NCBI GenBank assembly: GCA_032718475.1
Contig: JAUCBJ010008987.1
Location: 1 to 49,904 of the forward strand
Source: Nemertoderma westbladi
Taxonomy: Eukaryota; Animalia; Xenacoelomorpha
Length of the DNA stretch: 49,904 nucleotides
Direction: 5' to 3'
Under the pieces are notes generated by a model that did not search any database, had not been told where the DNA came from, and saw only the letters and a program-made list of their open reading frames with translations. Of the stretch, positions 1 to 11,969 are shown piece after piece. The number at the start of each line of letters is the position of its first letter. Within the stretch, counting starts at the first letter, position 1. The translations under genes and the position numbers were made by a program.

Positions 1-95
1 TGGAGAAATGTGGGGGAGTTATAACGGTCCCGAGTTCGAACCCGGATGAATATTTTGTTATCTGAAAAATTGCAAAATTAAATTTAGTTACTGGT

Positions 96-345
96 GAAAA
101 ATAGTAGAAATTACCTGTAGACACCCCTAGCGTCTGTAAAATAAAGGTTGGTGAATATGAAAATACTGGTTGCTGAAAAATAGCGATTTGAAAAATAGTA
201 GAAGTTACCTGTAGACACCTCTAGCGTCTGTAAAATAACGGTTGGTGAATATGAAAACAATGGTTGCTGTAAAATTGCGATTTGAAAAATAGTAGAAGTT
301 ACCTGATGCTAAGTGTAGACACCCGAACACCTGTAAAATAAAGGC
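96..345 (+). repeat. ~94-bp tandem repeat, ~2.7 copies
   Basis: ATAGTAGA(A/G)TTACCTG recurs at 101, 195 and 289 (period 94), with similar intervening sequence. Confidence 0.85.
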
Positions 346-790
346 TTATGATTGGATGCAGTACTAGCGTTGGGTGACTAATAACGCCTCTAGCGGAAGA
401 TGCGGGAACTTGAGAAGTTACCATGGTTACGGATGAAATGCTGACATCTGATTGGTTGAAATAATAACGACCACTGGTAAAGGTTGAAATGGTGGCTTCT
501 GATTGGCTGCAGTACTAGAAATGGATGGTAATGATGGGCTACGGGTGACCTTGATGCCGTGTCATAGCATTCTATACTACTCACATGTTCCTCTATAAGT
601 TCTGCCATTTTACATGTTATAGCCACCTATATCGTCCCTATATCGTATACCGTCAATTTTAACTGGAATTGTATGTTAACCATCTGTCTATATTTACCAC
701 ATGTCTATAATTATGACCTCTCTAAGCCAGACCATTTTACCAATAATAGCCGGGGGCGAAATCCGGGATATATATATATATATATATATA

Positions 791-1283
791 TGATGATCTA
801 AGGACATGCGTAGAACATAGTCAACCACAATTATGAACAAGAATGGTGCAAGTGTATCTCCCTGGAGGACACCCCATAACACTTCAAATGGTTCTGTGTC
901 ACCATCAACAGTAGACACAAATGTCGTCGAACCATCATTATATAGATCTGATTGCTGCAATAATTTCATCGGGAAATCCCATATAATGAAAGTATGCTGA
1001 ACATACGTGAGCGAGAGACTGAATCAAAGGCCTTGAAGAAGTCAACAAAGATAACAGCCGTCTTTCTTTTTTGATAACTCATAAATTATCCGTCTTAGTG
1101 CCAAAATGGGCTCCATGGTCCCACGACCTTTACGGAACCCATTCTGATTTCCACGGAGCAGTCTCTCAATAGGATCCCTGATGCGATTTAATAGAATTCT
1201 ATTGTATAGAATTGCAGCAATCGAAATCAATGAGATTCCCCAAAAAGAACCATAGAGTGTTAGGTTGCCCTTCTTGGGAACCT
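791..1283 (-). mobile_element. RTE-clade LINE fragment (RT domain), copy 1
   Basis: Translations VPKKGNL..GISLISIAA, NQNGFRKGRG and GVLQGDTLAPFLFIIVVDY; near-identical to 17576-18788 and 39476-40276; ends at a (TA)n run near 767-790. Confidence 0.9.
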
Positions 1284-2699
1284 TCTTATTTGTCGTTCTG
1301 TACATGTCCACTGGCACTATGATGGAGTAAATACTAGGACAGCTCTCTAGAATGTTACCCATAAATAATAACAGTTGTGGTAAAATTAGAGACAGGGGTG
1401 TGAGGGACTGGATGTGAAACCAATCTTGTAACATTTATATTTCAGCGTCTCAATGTTAAATCATGGATCAAGGGAAATTAGCAGGTTATAGTGGCACATT
1501 GTTCTAACCAAAACAATAAACTAAAGTTAATATAAAATGTTACAATTTTTTATTTTTGGGAATAATCAGCAGTAATTACGACGGATAGACAATTATCCTG
1601 ACAACCATCATTCCCCCTTATCTGCTGTCTAATTAATTAATTAATTAATTAATACATGAGCAAGAAATATCTGAATATGTAATTATTTCAAAATTCGAAA
1701 CATTTTTGTTCAATTCCAGAACGTGACAGCGGATCTTTAAGTATCCCACCATACATATCAAGCATCGCCACATGAGGCAGACTTACACACTCTTGAGAAA
1801 AAAACATTTTGGTTGAAATTCCTAAACTCTCACAACGATAAACAGAAACATTGGTCTTCCTTGTAGGCCCCTTCTCTATCAGAGTCGCTTCGCTATCGAA
1901 ATGCTTAGAAGGCTACTTATAACCATAAGGTCACCAGTTCAATCCCATCAGGACGTAACTTCCAATTTTGTTAAGCTGTGCCCAGCAAAAAGTATGGCCC
2001 ATGTGAAGAATACCAGACTTTCTGCCGTTATATTTCACTTTGCAGTTACCCCCATGTGAAGAATACCAGGTTTTCACCAAAACCACAGGTTACAGAAGGG
2101 CTGAATCTAACCAAAACAATAAACGAATTAGTATGTACAGGTTATAAGACAGAAATAAGTGCTATAAAACACTTAATAAAGATAAATTAAAAAAATAAAA
2201 AATCTTCATATATAAAATTCCAATAAAAAGTCGACCGAAAAGTGAAATCCTGGTATTCTTCACATTTGCGCCGATGACAAACAGACACACAGACAATTGA
2301 TTTTTATATACTGGTATATTAGATTTGATAAAATAATAATAATACAGTAAGTAGGCCTACAGAAATAATCACTTTACTACAGTAAAACAATAAAATAGCT
2401 AAAATGTTATAAACCTCTCCTTCCATGCAGCCATTGATTGAGAAAGCAGAATTACTCTTGGACAGTTCCCAACAGACAATCCACCCCAATCAACACTCCA
2501 GCCTGGCTTGCTACTTACCTGTGCCCAGCCAGCTAGCTGCGAGTTCAATAATTACCTTAACGTTGCTATGATACAGAAAAAAATCCTTCCCTATTCACTA
2601 ACAATAGGCCAATTCGATCGTGCTTGGCGAATATGACATATTTATACACTATTTGGTTTTTAATCAATAAATAATCATACATATTTATATTAAACACTC

Positions 2700-3067
2700 G
2701 AATAAAATAAAAACTTTGTGAGAATGGGACACGGCGAATCTACCCATGTTAATTTTATACCAGGTGGGATAAATGTTACCACTCTAAATCATTAATTACC
2801 GATAGAAGAACCGAAATAATTCGATAAATTTCGCCCGAATGAACACAAAATACGCATTCACGCAAATAAACGTGTAAAATTAATCCCGAAGACAGTGACA
2901 GCTGTCTGCATCGTTTTAATACGCATCGAATGAGCCACAAAGCAAGGAATGAGAGCGAAATCTGACGACGTGTATCGATGGACATACATACATATATACA
3001 TACAAACTGAGCAGATTTATATATTAGACTAGAAAGCCTGTGGCCCTTCGGGCCACAGCTTTCTAGT
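2700..3067 (-). mobile_element. Non-autonomous Helitron fragment with a 3'-hairpin-CTAG / 5'-TC junction
   Basis: Minus strand reads hairpin TGTGGCCC-GAA-GGGCCACA, then GGCTTTCTAG, then TCTAATATATAAA and a (TATG)n microsatellite. A similar 5' end lies at 2270-2323. The left boundary is approximate. Confidence 0.55.
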
Positions 3068-3940
3068 GCAAGAGCGAGCAGGTGATATTTGAATATGTGA
3101 GGAGAAGTGTATCGCAGATTGGAGAACAACAACGAAACAGACACCATCATAAAATAAAACACCACCCCATAGGATATAACTCTATATAACAGTATATAAA
3201 ACTGTATATACAGGATAATTATAAGACAGAAATAAGCGCTATAAAACACTTAATAAAAATAAATGGGCATTGAATGGCCAAATAACATTGGACATTGGTA
3301 TTGGGTAATACCTACCTACCGAATTAACTATCTGATACTGGCATACCACTGACTGACATACCAGCTACCTGCAAATGGCTGACAATTTTGATAATGTTAA
3401 AGATGATATATTGTCGTTATTCGCAGTAATAAAAACAAAGAAATATGTAACCTGTGACCAAGAGACCCAGCTGAGTGTACTATTAAGCGCTTTGACCTCG
3501 CTACACTCGAGGTCTCGAGATGATTTCACCGCAACTCTGGCAAATCTCGCCGAATCACGGAAAGAAACGGTGGATGTGCGAAAAGAAACTGTGGCCGCAA
3601 AGGACGAGCTCTTGAAGTTCCTGCAACTCGGCCCATATACCATGGCTACTCCAGGACCCGGACCCGGCAGGTCAACGTACAGTGCAGTCGTGCAAAGAAA
3701 CCCGGTTCCAGATCTACACTCACCGCCGTCGAATAACGGACCATACGCCACGGATATGGACCGCAACTTCCGTCGCCCCGCCCCTGCGATACAAGGTTGC
3801 AGAGCTGGTGGTCCACTTCGTGTTGCCAAAGGAAACCCAGTCCAAGCCGTCGGGAAGGCGCATGTTCATATCGTTGTATATTTATTAAATACAAACCCTG
3901 TTGTTGTGGCTGTACGTACTATACTGCTATACTCAGTTAT

Positions 3941-5494
3941 ATGGATACCGGTAGGCATTGTTCTGACTGCCAGAAGGCAGAATGTGCATTAGATCCTGGA
4001 GGTAGGATAGTAACTACTAGGCCAATTCCTAAAAACTCTCATTCTAATCTCGATACTTTTGAGGGCAGATTGCTCTGTCAAAGTTGTAAACTGAAGCGCG
4101 GAGAACTCCTACAGCTGAAGCTGTGTGTGGGCAACCGTGACCCACCTAATGCCAACAGCGTTCTGGAAGACGATTCCTCAGACGAGGATGAGTTGTCTCA
4201 ACTTGAACCTGCCACTTCCAGGCTGGAGTCAGTTGGTCTATCGACCGACAATACGGAAAATCCCAAAGTTATTTGCGAGCTGCTATGTTTTGTGCAGTTT
4301 CAAATTTCCTCAATGGACAAAACATCACTCGTTTCGGTTGTTTCAAATTTTTACTCCCTCTCTGAGGTAGTGGCTGCCAAAAGACTCCTCTTTGATGAAG
4401 CGGGTAAATGCGCATCCGCCGATCGTCCTCTGCCTGCGTGGGTGGGTCGGATGGGTAATAAAAAGAAAAAGGCCCACATTAACGATATTTTTAATCTGTT
4501 CAATGAGAGCGCTTTTATCGATATCCCCACGAGACCTATATTTGTTGCGCTAAACACTTCTCGTCTACCCCCTTCCGATAATTTGTCGGCTAAGGCAGCA
4601 GTTAGGGACGAAGAAGTACGTGACCTACGGGACCTGGTTATTTCGCTAAAAGAGAAGGTTTTGATCCACGACTCCCTATTGACCTCTTTTGTCTGTAGTC
4701 GGGAGGATTACTTGAAGCTAAAGCACTATGTTTTAAGTAACAATTCAGTCAACGTTGTGTCTGCTGGGGGAACTCCTGGGTCAGCTACCGTGTGGAAACA
4801 CCAAGTCGCCCCTCCTCCTCCGCCAGTGATCCTCGTTGATGGTGATACGGCGGACGGTCTGGATAATGCCCCGCTCCGGGCATATAGGGATACTCCGGGA
4901 CCGGCTCCCGGCAATTACCCCCGTTCCAGAACCGGCCGGCCTCCGCAAGGCTATCGCTCTAGTGAAGTTGGCGCCAACGTCTCGCTCCGCTCTCGGTCCA
5001 CTGTACTCAACCATGATCTACCTTTACATTCAGGTTCTACTGGCGGTAATGCCGCAGCCGATTCTAATATTGATGAGGATGGATTTCGTCTCGTCCGTAA
5101 TAAAAAGAAACGTGCGGCTCCGCGATTTGGGACAGGAGATTTCTCGTCTGGGGATTTTGCTGATCTCTCGCTGGGCTCACCCTCTCGGCTAAAGAGGTTC
5201 CAGAAAGGAAGGGATCAAATATTTGTATCGCGATTTAAGCCGCATGTATCTGCTGACTTGGTTAAAAACTTCTTATCTGATAAACTTAACGTAGAAGTAG
5301 ACGTTGTTGAGAATCCTAATAAAATCAACAATTCGTATAACTCCTTTATTGTAAGCTCACCTGACGAGTCTTCCTTCTCTACACTCCTACAGTTGGATTC
5401 ATGGCCAAAGGGTATAATTGTTAAGCGCTTTTGGCCTGCGCCGACATCCTCACCGCCTTCGACCCGCAGGGTGGGTGAGTCACCAGTAGCCTGA
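3941..5494 (+). CDS. Inner LINE ORF1 (517 aa; N-terminal CxxC..CxxC, ELLCFVQ block, C-terminal RRM-like domain)
   Basis: Open frame; the first ATG inside the TSD is at 3941 (the track start at 3797 lies outside the insertion); C-terminus IFVSRF..YNSFIV..SWPKGIIVKRF. Confidence 0.85.
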   Translation: MDTGRHCSDCQKAECALDPGGRIVTTRPIPKNSHSNLDTFEGRLLCQSCKLKRGELLQLKLCVGNRDPPNANSVLEDDSSDEDELSQLEPATSRLESVGLSTDNTENPKVICELLCFVQFQISSMDKTSLVSVVSNFYSLSEVVAAKRLLFDEAGKCASADRPLPAWVGRMGNKKKKAHINDIFNLFNESAFIDIPTRPIFVALNTSRLPPSDNLSAKAAVRDEEVRDLRDLVISLKEKVLIHDSLLTSFVCSREDYLKLKHYVLSNNSVNVVSAGGTPGSATVWKHQVAPPPPPVILVDGDTADGLDNAPLRAYRDTPGPAPGNYPRSRTGRPPQGYRSSEVGANVSLRSRSTVLNHDLPLHSGSTGGNAAADSNIDEDGFRLVRNKKKRAAPRFGTGDFSSGDFADLSLGSPSRLKRFQKGRDQIFVSRFKPHVSADLVKNFLSDKLNVEVDVVENPNKINNSYNSFIVSSPDESSFSTLLQLDSWPKGIIVKRFWPAPTSSPPSTRRVGESPVA

Positions 5495-5594
5495 TAGGTT
5501 GCTGATATGGTTCTGTTTTATATACACAGTATAACTTTTGCTCTCATATACTCTACAGTGAAACTCATCATTGATCATAAACTTAACATTATCA

Positions 5595-8409
5595 ATGGCT
5601 ATCCTAAACTCACTTAGAATATGCACTTATAACTGCAGTGGCCTGAATAATAACCCGGATGTCATTAAGGCTTTATGTGACTCGCATGACGTCGTTTTTT
5701 TTACAGGAAACCTGGTTGGTGAAGCAAAAATTGCCCAAATTAAATTCGCTCCATAATGACTTTTTTAGTTCGGGTGTATCTTCCGTCGATTTGGCTGATG
5801 GTCCATTGGTCAGCCGTCCTTTTGGCGGGTTGGCTGTTTTATGGCGCAAACATTTATCCAGTTCAATAAATATAGTCAATATTAATGAAAGAATTATTGG
5901 TTGTAACATTAAAAGTACTGACGGTTCTAACACTCTGTTACTGAATATATATATGCCTTGTGAATCCGTTGATAATTTAGATTTGTATTTAGAGTTATTA
6001 GGTGAATGTTCTGCGTACATTGCTGAGCACCCTGGTTCTAAATGTGCTATTTTGGGAGACTTTAATACTGCTCCCGATTGACCGTTTGGTAATGAACTGA
6101 AATTATTTTGTGATTGTTTTTCATTGATATGGTCTGATTTACATATTCTACCCGATGACACTTTTTCATTTACCAGCCATGTACATGGCACAGTGTCGTG
6201 GTTAGACCACATCGTTTCCACCGCCGACTTTCATTCCTCCATTAGTAATATTACTGTCCTACGTGATCTTGTTTATGATGAACATTTACCCGTCTCAGTG
6301 ACTGTATCTTTGCTGCTTAGTGCGTCCACACCTGGCAGTAGCAATAACGTCACTTTTTCCAATAACGCAATGTGGGATAAAGCCAGCAGAGAAAATATTT
6401 CAAAATATTCTCAAACTGTTGATGAACAACTACGTTTATTACAGTTACCCCTTTCTGCTTTAACTTGTTGTGATATTCATTGTGAGAATATTAACCATAA
6501 AATGTCACTAAATTCGTGTTATACTGATACTATTAATATTCTACATAGCTGTACATCAAAATTTATTCCTCAAAAAAGGGGTAATTCAATCTCCAACTGC
6601 ATTCCTGGCTGGAATGAGTTTGTAAAAGAAAAGCGGGCTGCGGCGCAGGAGGCTTTTCATATTTGGTGCGAACAAGGGCGGCCTAGGTTTGGGCTTGTAT
6701 GGGAGGTAAAGAAAAAAACGGCCGCGCAATTTAAATTGGCTCTCCGAAATTGCAAACGGGAGGAAGGTGCTTTGCGAGCAGATCGCCTAGCGGCTTCTTT
6801 TATTAACTCCAGAAAAGATTTTTGGAGTTCAATAAAGAAAGCAACAACTATTAAAATGGGTTTAGCAACCTCTGTCGGCTCCGCCCACACTGAGGAAGAA
6901 ATAGCCGATTTATTCAAATCTAATTATTATGATATTTTTAATTCAGTCCCTGTATCTGAAATTGACTCTACTTTTGTGCAGTGTAAGTTTTCTGAATGGG
7001 ACGGCTCCAATAATGTCCATATTTCTGCTGATAAGGTGAAAGATGCCATCAACGGTCTGCAGTGTGGAAAGGCTGCCGGGCCTGATGGCATCTTCCCTGA
7101 AAGTTATATTTTTGGCGGTAACCTTTTGCCAGTAATTTTGTGTTTATTGTTCAATTCATTTATAACTCATGGGTTTTTGCCTCAATCGTTAATTAATTCT
7201 AGTTTGTTGCCTATTATCAAAGATAAAAACGCTAGTATGAGTGAACGTTCGAATTACCGACCCATAGCCAAAGCTACAGCTGGCTCTAAGGTTTTGGAAA
7301 CGTGTTTGCTTCGGCTCGTTGCCATGCATTCCAATATATCTGACAACCAGTTTGGTTTTGCAGAGGGCCTAGGTACAGAAATGTGTATTTTTGCCTTAAA
7401 ACAAACAATTCACTTATATATTAGTAAAGACTCACCTGTGTATACTGCCTTCTTAGACGCCTCGAAAGCGTTTGACCGCGTCAATCATAGTAAACTTTTT
7501 CGAAAGCTAATTGAACTTGGTGTATCTATTGGTATTGTAAGACTCTTGGCCTTTTGGTATTCCCATCAGCTAATTTATATTAGCTGGGGTTCTGCTTCTT
7601 CCGGTGCATTTTTGGTTTCAAATGGTGTCCGTCAAGGAAGTTTGCTCAGCCCCCTCTTATTTAACATTTATATGAATGACTTAAGTGTAGAACTCAACAA
7701 ATCTAATGTTGGTTGTAAAGTTGGAAAGAGTCTTTTAAATCACTTATTTTACGCAGATGACCTGTGTTTACTGTCGCCGAGTATTTTTGGGTTACGTGCA
7801 CTAGTCAAGATATGTGAGCGTTACGGCGCTAAATTTGATATTTTGTTCAATCCACTCAAATCACACTGTTTGTATTTTATGCCCTATCGTTTTCACCGTG
7901 CAGGCGACATCTATCTCAATGGAAAACCGTTAGACTGTGTTAAGCAGGTTTCTTACTTGGGACACATTATAAGCTGTGACCTTTCTGATGAAGCAGACAT
8001 AAATAAAATTAAATCTTCTTTATTTTGTCGAGGTAATTTGTTAGTTAGAAATTTCTCTCGGTGTTCTCTTGGTGTTAAACTATGTTTGTTCAAAACTTAT
8101 TGCTACAGTTTATATTGCAGCTCTTTGTGGTCTATTTTCCGTGTTCAAACTTTGCGACAAGTGAAAGTAGCCTATAACATGTGTTTTCGTCTGTTGTTTA
8201 AATACTCCCGCAGTGACGATGCAGACACAATTTTTGTTAATAATAGAGTAAATACCTTTAAGGCCATTATGCGCAAATCTATATTTTCCTTGTTAAATAG
8301 AGTAAATAACTCAGGTAATACGCTAATTGGTGCTATTATAACTAATTTTTCAGTGAACTCTGTTCTGATTGATCGGTGGCACAAGGTGCTTGATCCAAGT
8401 TTAACGTAA
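5595..8409 (+). pseudogene. Inner LINE ORF2 (APE endonuclease + reverse transcriptase), one frameshift and one nonsense codon
   Basis: APE motifs TYNCSG, LQETWL, GDFN, SWLDH; RT motifs GVRQGSLLSP, FYADD, YLG; extra T in the run 5695-5702; in-frame TGA at 6079-6081. Confidence 0.92.
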
Positions 8410-8899
8410 TTATCGTATTCGGAATACATTGTTAAATTTCCTTTATTTTCGTATTTGGTGTAATTCTACTTTAATGTGCTGTATTTCTCAAATTTAGTTT
8501 AGTTAGTTCTGCCTTGTATGTACAATGGATCGTTTGTGTCCGAGATTATAAATAAATAAATAAAAATAAATAAATATCGGCCGACTAGACCCATCAACAA
8601 CAAGCAAGGAAGTTGCTGACTTTCTTCAATCCCAAGGAATCCCTTTCGACAACGTAACTCCACTACCGCTTAAAGATGGTAACTCGCCTTATCTAAGTTT
8701 CCATGTCACATGCAATCAACAACATCGCGACACCCTAATGGACCCTGGATTGTGGGAAACGGGTCTCACAATCCGGAACTACCGATTCACGAACGCCGAG
8801 CGTGAGGCGCTCGGTCTACGTCGGCGCCCCAAACGCGAATTCGCTGGTGGAACCTCCCGCAGCTCACAGCAATACTCAACAAATAACGGTAACTAGGAC

Positions 8900-11365
8900 A
8901 GGAGCACGGAGGTACAACTACTTCTATGGAATGTGGAAGGTCTCCGCTATTTAGTAGACAATTTAACTGAATCTGAATTATATGGTAAGGCCGATGTCGT
9001 GTTATTTACTGAAACTATGTACTATAACTGCGGCCTTATGACTCTGTGCAGGCCGCACCTCAACCCTTCCTGTGTGAAACAAACAAATAAATACATTGTT
9101 ATCAAAACCTTGGTATCCTTCTTTATTGTTTTCTATTTCACCCCCGAAACCCCACTGGATGAAATACTTATGGAAATAACTGAAGCACTGTCTTATACCA
9201 AAAACACAACCCCTATTGTTATAGCGGGAGATTTTAATTGCAGACTAGTAGATCGATAGATAGAGTAGATCGATCGTAACGCATTTATATCGCACCACAA
9301 TATTCCAATGGTTAGGCTACTTCTATCTAACAACGAAATAGATGCAGCTACAGACCTACTGACTCAATCAATTGCAGAATCCACACCATCCACTCGTAAA
9401 CCCCACTATGGAAAACCGCGGTATGACTCAGAGTGCAAGACTCTAAAGAAACAGTTAATTCACTGTATGTCTCGTCGCAACCTCTCGGCAATGGACTGCT
9501 CGCAGTTTTGGAATATCCGCAAAAGCTACAAGTCGCTCCTCAAACGGAAACGAGTTGCCTACGAGGAAGATACACTGGCAGAATTGGTCAGCGACTCCGA
9601 AGTTAAACCGTGGTTAATCACCAAGGATCACAAACGGACTATTGCACCAATAGACTCAGATACACTTGAGACACATTTCCGCAACCTTCTTGGTGTTAGA
9701 GTAGATCCCCCCAATGTTCTACCAGTTCCAATCCCTTCGTTGGCTGAACTTGAGGGGGAGGAATGGTACAACGCGCCGATTACGGAAGAGGAAATATCCG
9801 CCAGTATAAACGACTCCAAGAATAACAAAGCTTCGGGTGTAGATGGAATATTCTACGATCATCTCAAGTTAACCAAACCATTTATAATAACAATTCTCTG
9901 TCTATTATACAATGCCTGTCTCGATATCGGTAAACTACCGCAAATCTGGAAACAGTGTATAATAATGATCATCTACAAAGGTAAAGGGGCATTCTCAAAC
10001 CCAGATAATTATCGCGGCATTGCACTCATCTCCGTGTTACTGAAAACTCTCACTTCAATCGTAAACAAACGCGTCCGACGCTTTACGTTTCACCGGATAC
10101 CTAGGGAACAATACGGTTTCATGACAGGCAGATCTACATTACAGGCACTAAACGCACTTATATCCGATATCAATTTGGCTTTGCAATTCAATCTGTCATC
10201 ACAACGGAAAATGTATGTCGCTTTTGTAGACTTTAGAAAGGCATTCGACTTCGTCAACAGAGCTGTTTTATTAAATAAGATATATGGATTCGGGATTAAA
10301 GGAAAATTATTTGTTCTGATAAAAGATTTACTCCAAAATTACATTCAGGTGTACGATGGCCTTCGTCTATCGAACCTAATCGAGCAACTCCGCGGAATTC
10401 TGCAGGGCAACTGCTTCTCTCCTCCATGTTTTAATTTCTTTATCGCCGACCTAGCTATAGCACTACGGCAAGGATGTGCGATTCTAAAATTTCTATTTTT
10501 TGCTGATGATCTCGCTTTCTACTCTTCCGATAGGAATGAAATACAATGCGGCCTAGACATTCTCCTCGACTGGTGTACTCGTAATGGAATGGAAGTCAAC
10601 CTCGACAAAACTAAAATTTTAAAATTCCGCAAAGGGGGTCATCTCGCTACTACCGACACTTTTAGCTACAATGGAAATAACGTCACCATCTGTAACAATT
10701 ACGAATACCTAGGACTCACGCTTCAGCCATCACTTTGTTTCTCGCAGCATATTAAAAAGAAGAAGAAAAAAGCTTATGCAACAATAGGGTCTATAAGGAA
10801 TCTCAAGCTATTGTCCATTGACGCAGGTTTAAAACTATTTAAATTAAAAATTGCACCAGTGGCTTTGTATGCTCTACCCGTCTACTCTCGCTTTCTAACG
10901 ATATCAAATTTAAAAGATCTAGACAGAATAAAATCGACATACATAAAGCGACTTCTAGGGCTACATATCAGTGCTTCGTCCACAATGGTGCTACACCTCG
11001 TAAACGAAAATTCGCTTATTGACGACATACTTCTAAAAACTCCAAATCTATTCGCCCGCGACCTGATTGATCAATATAATGCATTTCGAACAAATCGCGA
11101 ACTCAACTTTGTTACTGAGAATTATTTACTCGGTCCTGCGTTCAACTCATTTACCTGGCGACTATCCAATCAGAAGAACCGTCATGTGGTCACGAGAGCC
11201 ACGTGTCACAGGTTTCACCACAAAATATGCACGAACTCACAGCCTTTCCACACACTATCAACCGATTGTATTTGCCGATTTTGCCTTCTTCCCTGCCCAG
11301 ACCGTTACCACGCCTTCTCTTGCACCCAATGCCCCACAATGGCTGATCTCGCAACAAAACTCTAA
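8900..11365 (+). pseudogene. Outer LINE ORF2 (partly deleted APE, RT, C-terminal Cys/His-rich domain)
   Basis: LLWNVEG, FTET, AGDFN; NYRGIAL, FVDFRKAFD, LQG, FFADD, YLG; C-terminal CICRFC..CPDRYH. Confidence 0.88.
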
Positions 11366-11702
11366 CATGCTAGCCCGCTCAGGCCACACCATAAGTAGTA
11401 TATTGTTCCACTCGTGCTCCTAAGTAATTAATTAATACCAATGGTGATGGGTAATAATTGCAATTCAATTATATTAATGTGCTAATAAATATATAATTAA
11501 TATAATTGGTTACCTCGTTGGAGGTGTAAAGTGAAAAAAAAAAAAAAATCTAAAAAAATTAAAAATCTTCATATATAAAATTCCAATAAAAAAGTCGACC
11601 GAAAAGTGAAATTCTACTGGTATTCTTCACATGGGCAAAAAGTATACAGTAATAATATGAAAATATCACCCAAAATCCCAATAATGATGAAAAGTTGCTC
11701 AC

Positions 11703-11822
11703 CTTACAACCCTCACACGATATCACGCCGTAATGGAATCCTGAAGGTTTATCTCTGCAAATCTCGCAAACGCTAGGCAGTTCTTCTTCCACACAGTTCT
11801 TTATAGATGGTGGCGGCGGCAT
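11703..11822 (-). CDS. Nuclear receptor exon, first DBD zinc finger (NR1-like: ROR/HR3, E75/E78 or RAR neighbourhood)
   Basis: MPPPPSIKNCVEEELPSVCEICRDKPSGFHYGVISCEGCK followed by the donor AAG|GTGAGC at 11702, the usual NR1 intron position after CEGCK; candidate acceptor TTTCTTTATAG ending at 11950. Confidence 0.9.
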
Positions 11823-11969
11823 CAATAGTCAGTATCTCACTGTCACGCGTTAATCTTCGCTAATTCCTTTCCAGCACTACCGGCCAGGCTTACTCCTAGT
11901 GGCTGTCGACATGGGGTTTAGTTTTTAGACCACAGTAACCATATAGCGGCTATAAAGAAAACGTTAATA

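Larger units (their letters stand above)
3874..8573 (+). mobile_element. Inner near full-length LINE (CR1/L2 group, Daphne/L2B-like)
   Basis: TSD ATATCG at 3868-3873 and 8574-8579; ORF1 plus APE-RT ORF2; (AAAT)n tail 8549-8573. Confidence 0.92.
3375..8896 (+). pseudogene. Outer LINE ORF1 (join 3375-3873 and 8580-8896; ~271 aa; C-terminal RRM-like domain)
   Basis: Removing 3874-8579 restores an open frame ...KAHVHI-GRLDPSTTSKEVADFL...YLSFHVTC...DPGLWETGLTIRNY, stop at 8894-8896. Confidence 0.85.
3265..11548 (+). mobile_element. Outer LINE (APE + RT, probably CR1/L2 group), split by the inner LINE
   Basis: ORF1 halves at 3375-3873 and 8580-8896, APE remnant ~8900-9259, RT 9308-11365, A-run 11534-11548. 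Confidence 0.85.
1996..11636 (+). mobile_element. Composite non-autonomous TIR element (MULE-like) with nested LINEs
   Basis: Ends GGCCCATGTGAAGAATACCAG / CTGGTATTCTTCACATGGGC; 9-bp TSD AAAAAGTAT at 1987-1995 and 11637-11645; internal unit sequence stops at ~3263 and resumes at ~11551. Confidence 0.75.

Noticed and set aside
2530-2600. Possible next receptor exon (GGA TTT TTT on minus)
   Set aside because: Reads GFFSVS* with no RR or second zinc finger, and lies inside the transposon.
3265-3375. Self-cleaving ribozyme at the LINE 5' end, or hammerhead motifs elsewhere
   Set aside because: No HDV-like pairing seen by eye; the CTGATGA hits lie mostly in coding sequence and lack the required stems. 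An Infernal search would be needed to exclude this fully.
3797-3940. Cys-rich N-terminal extension of the 565-aa ORF
   Set aside because: It crosses the TSD junction and 5' UTR; the plausible start is the ATG at 3941.
11559-11702. C-terminal 47 aa of the nuclear receptor track ORF
   Set aside because: Read-through past the GT donor into intron and MITE sequence.
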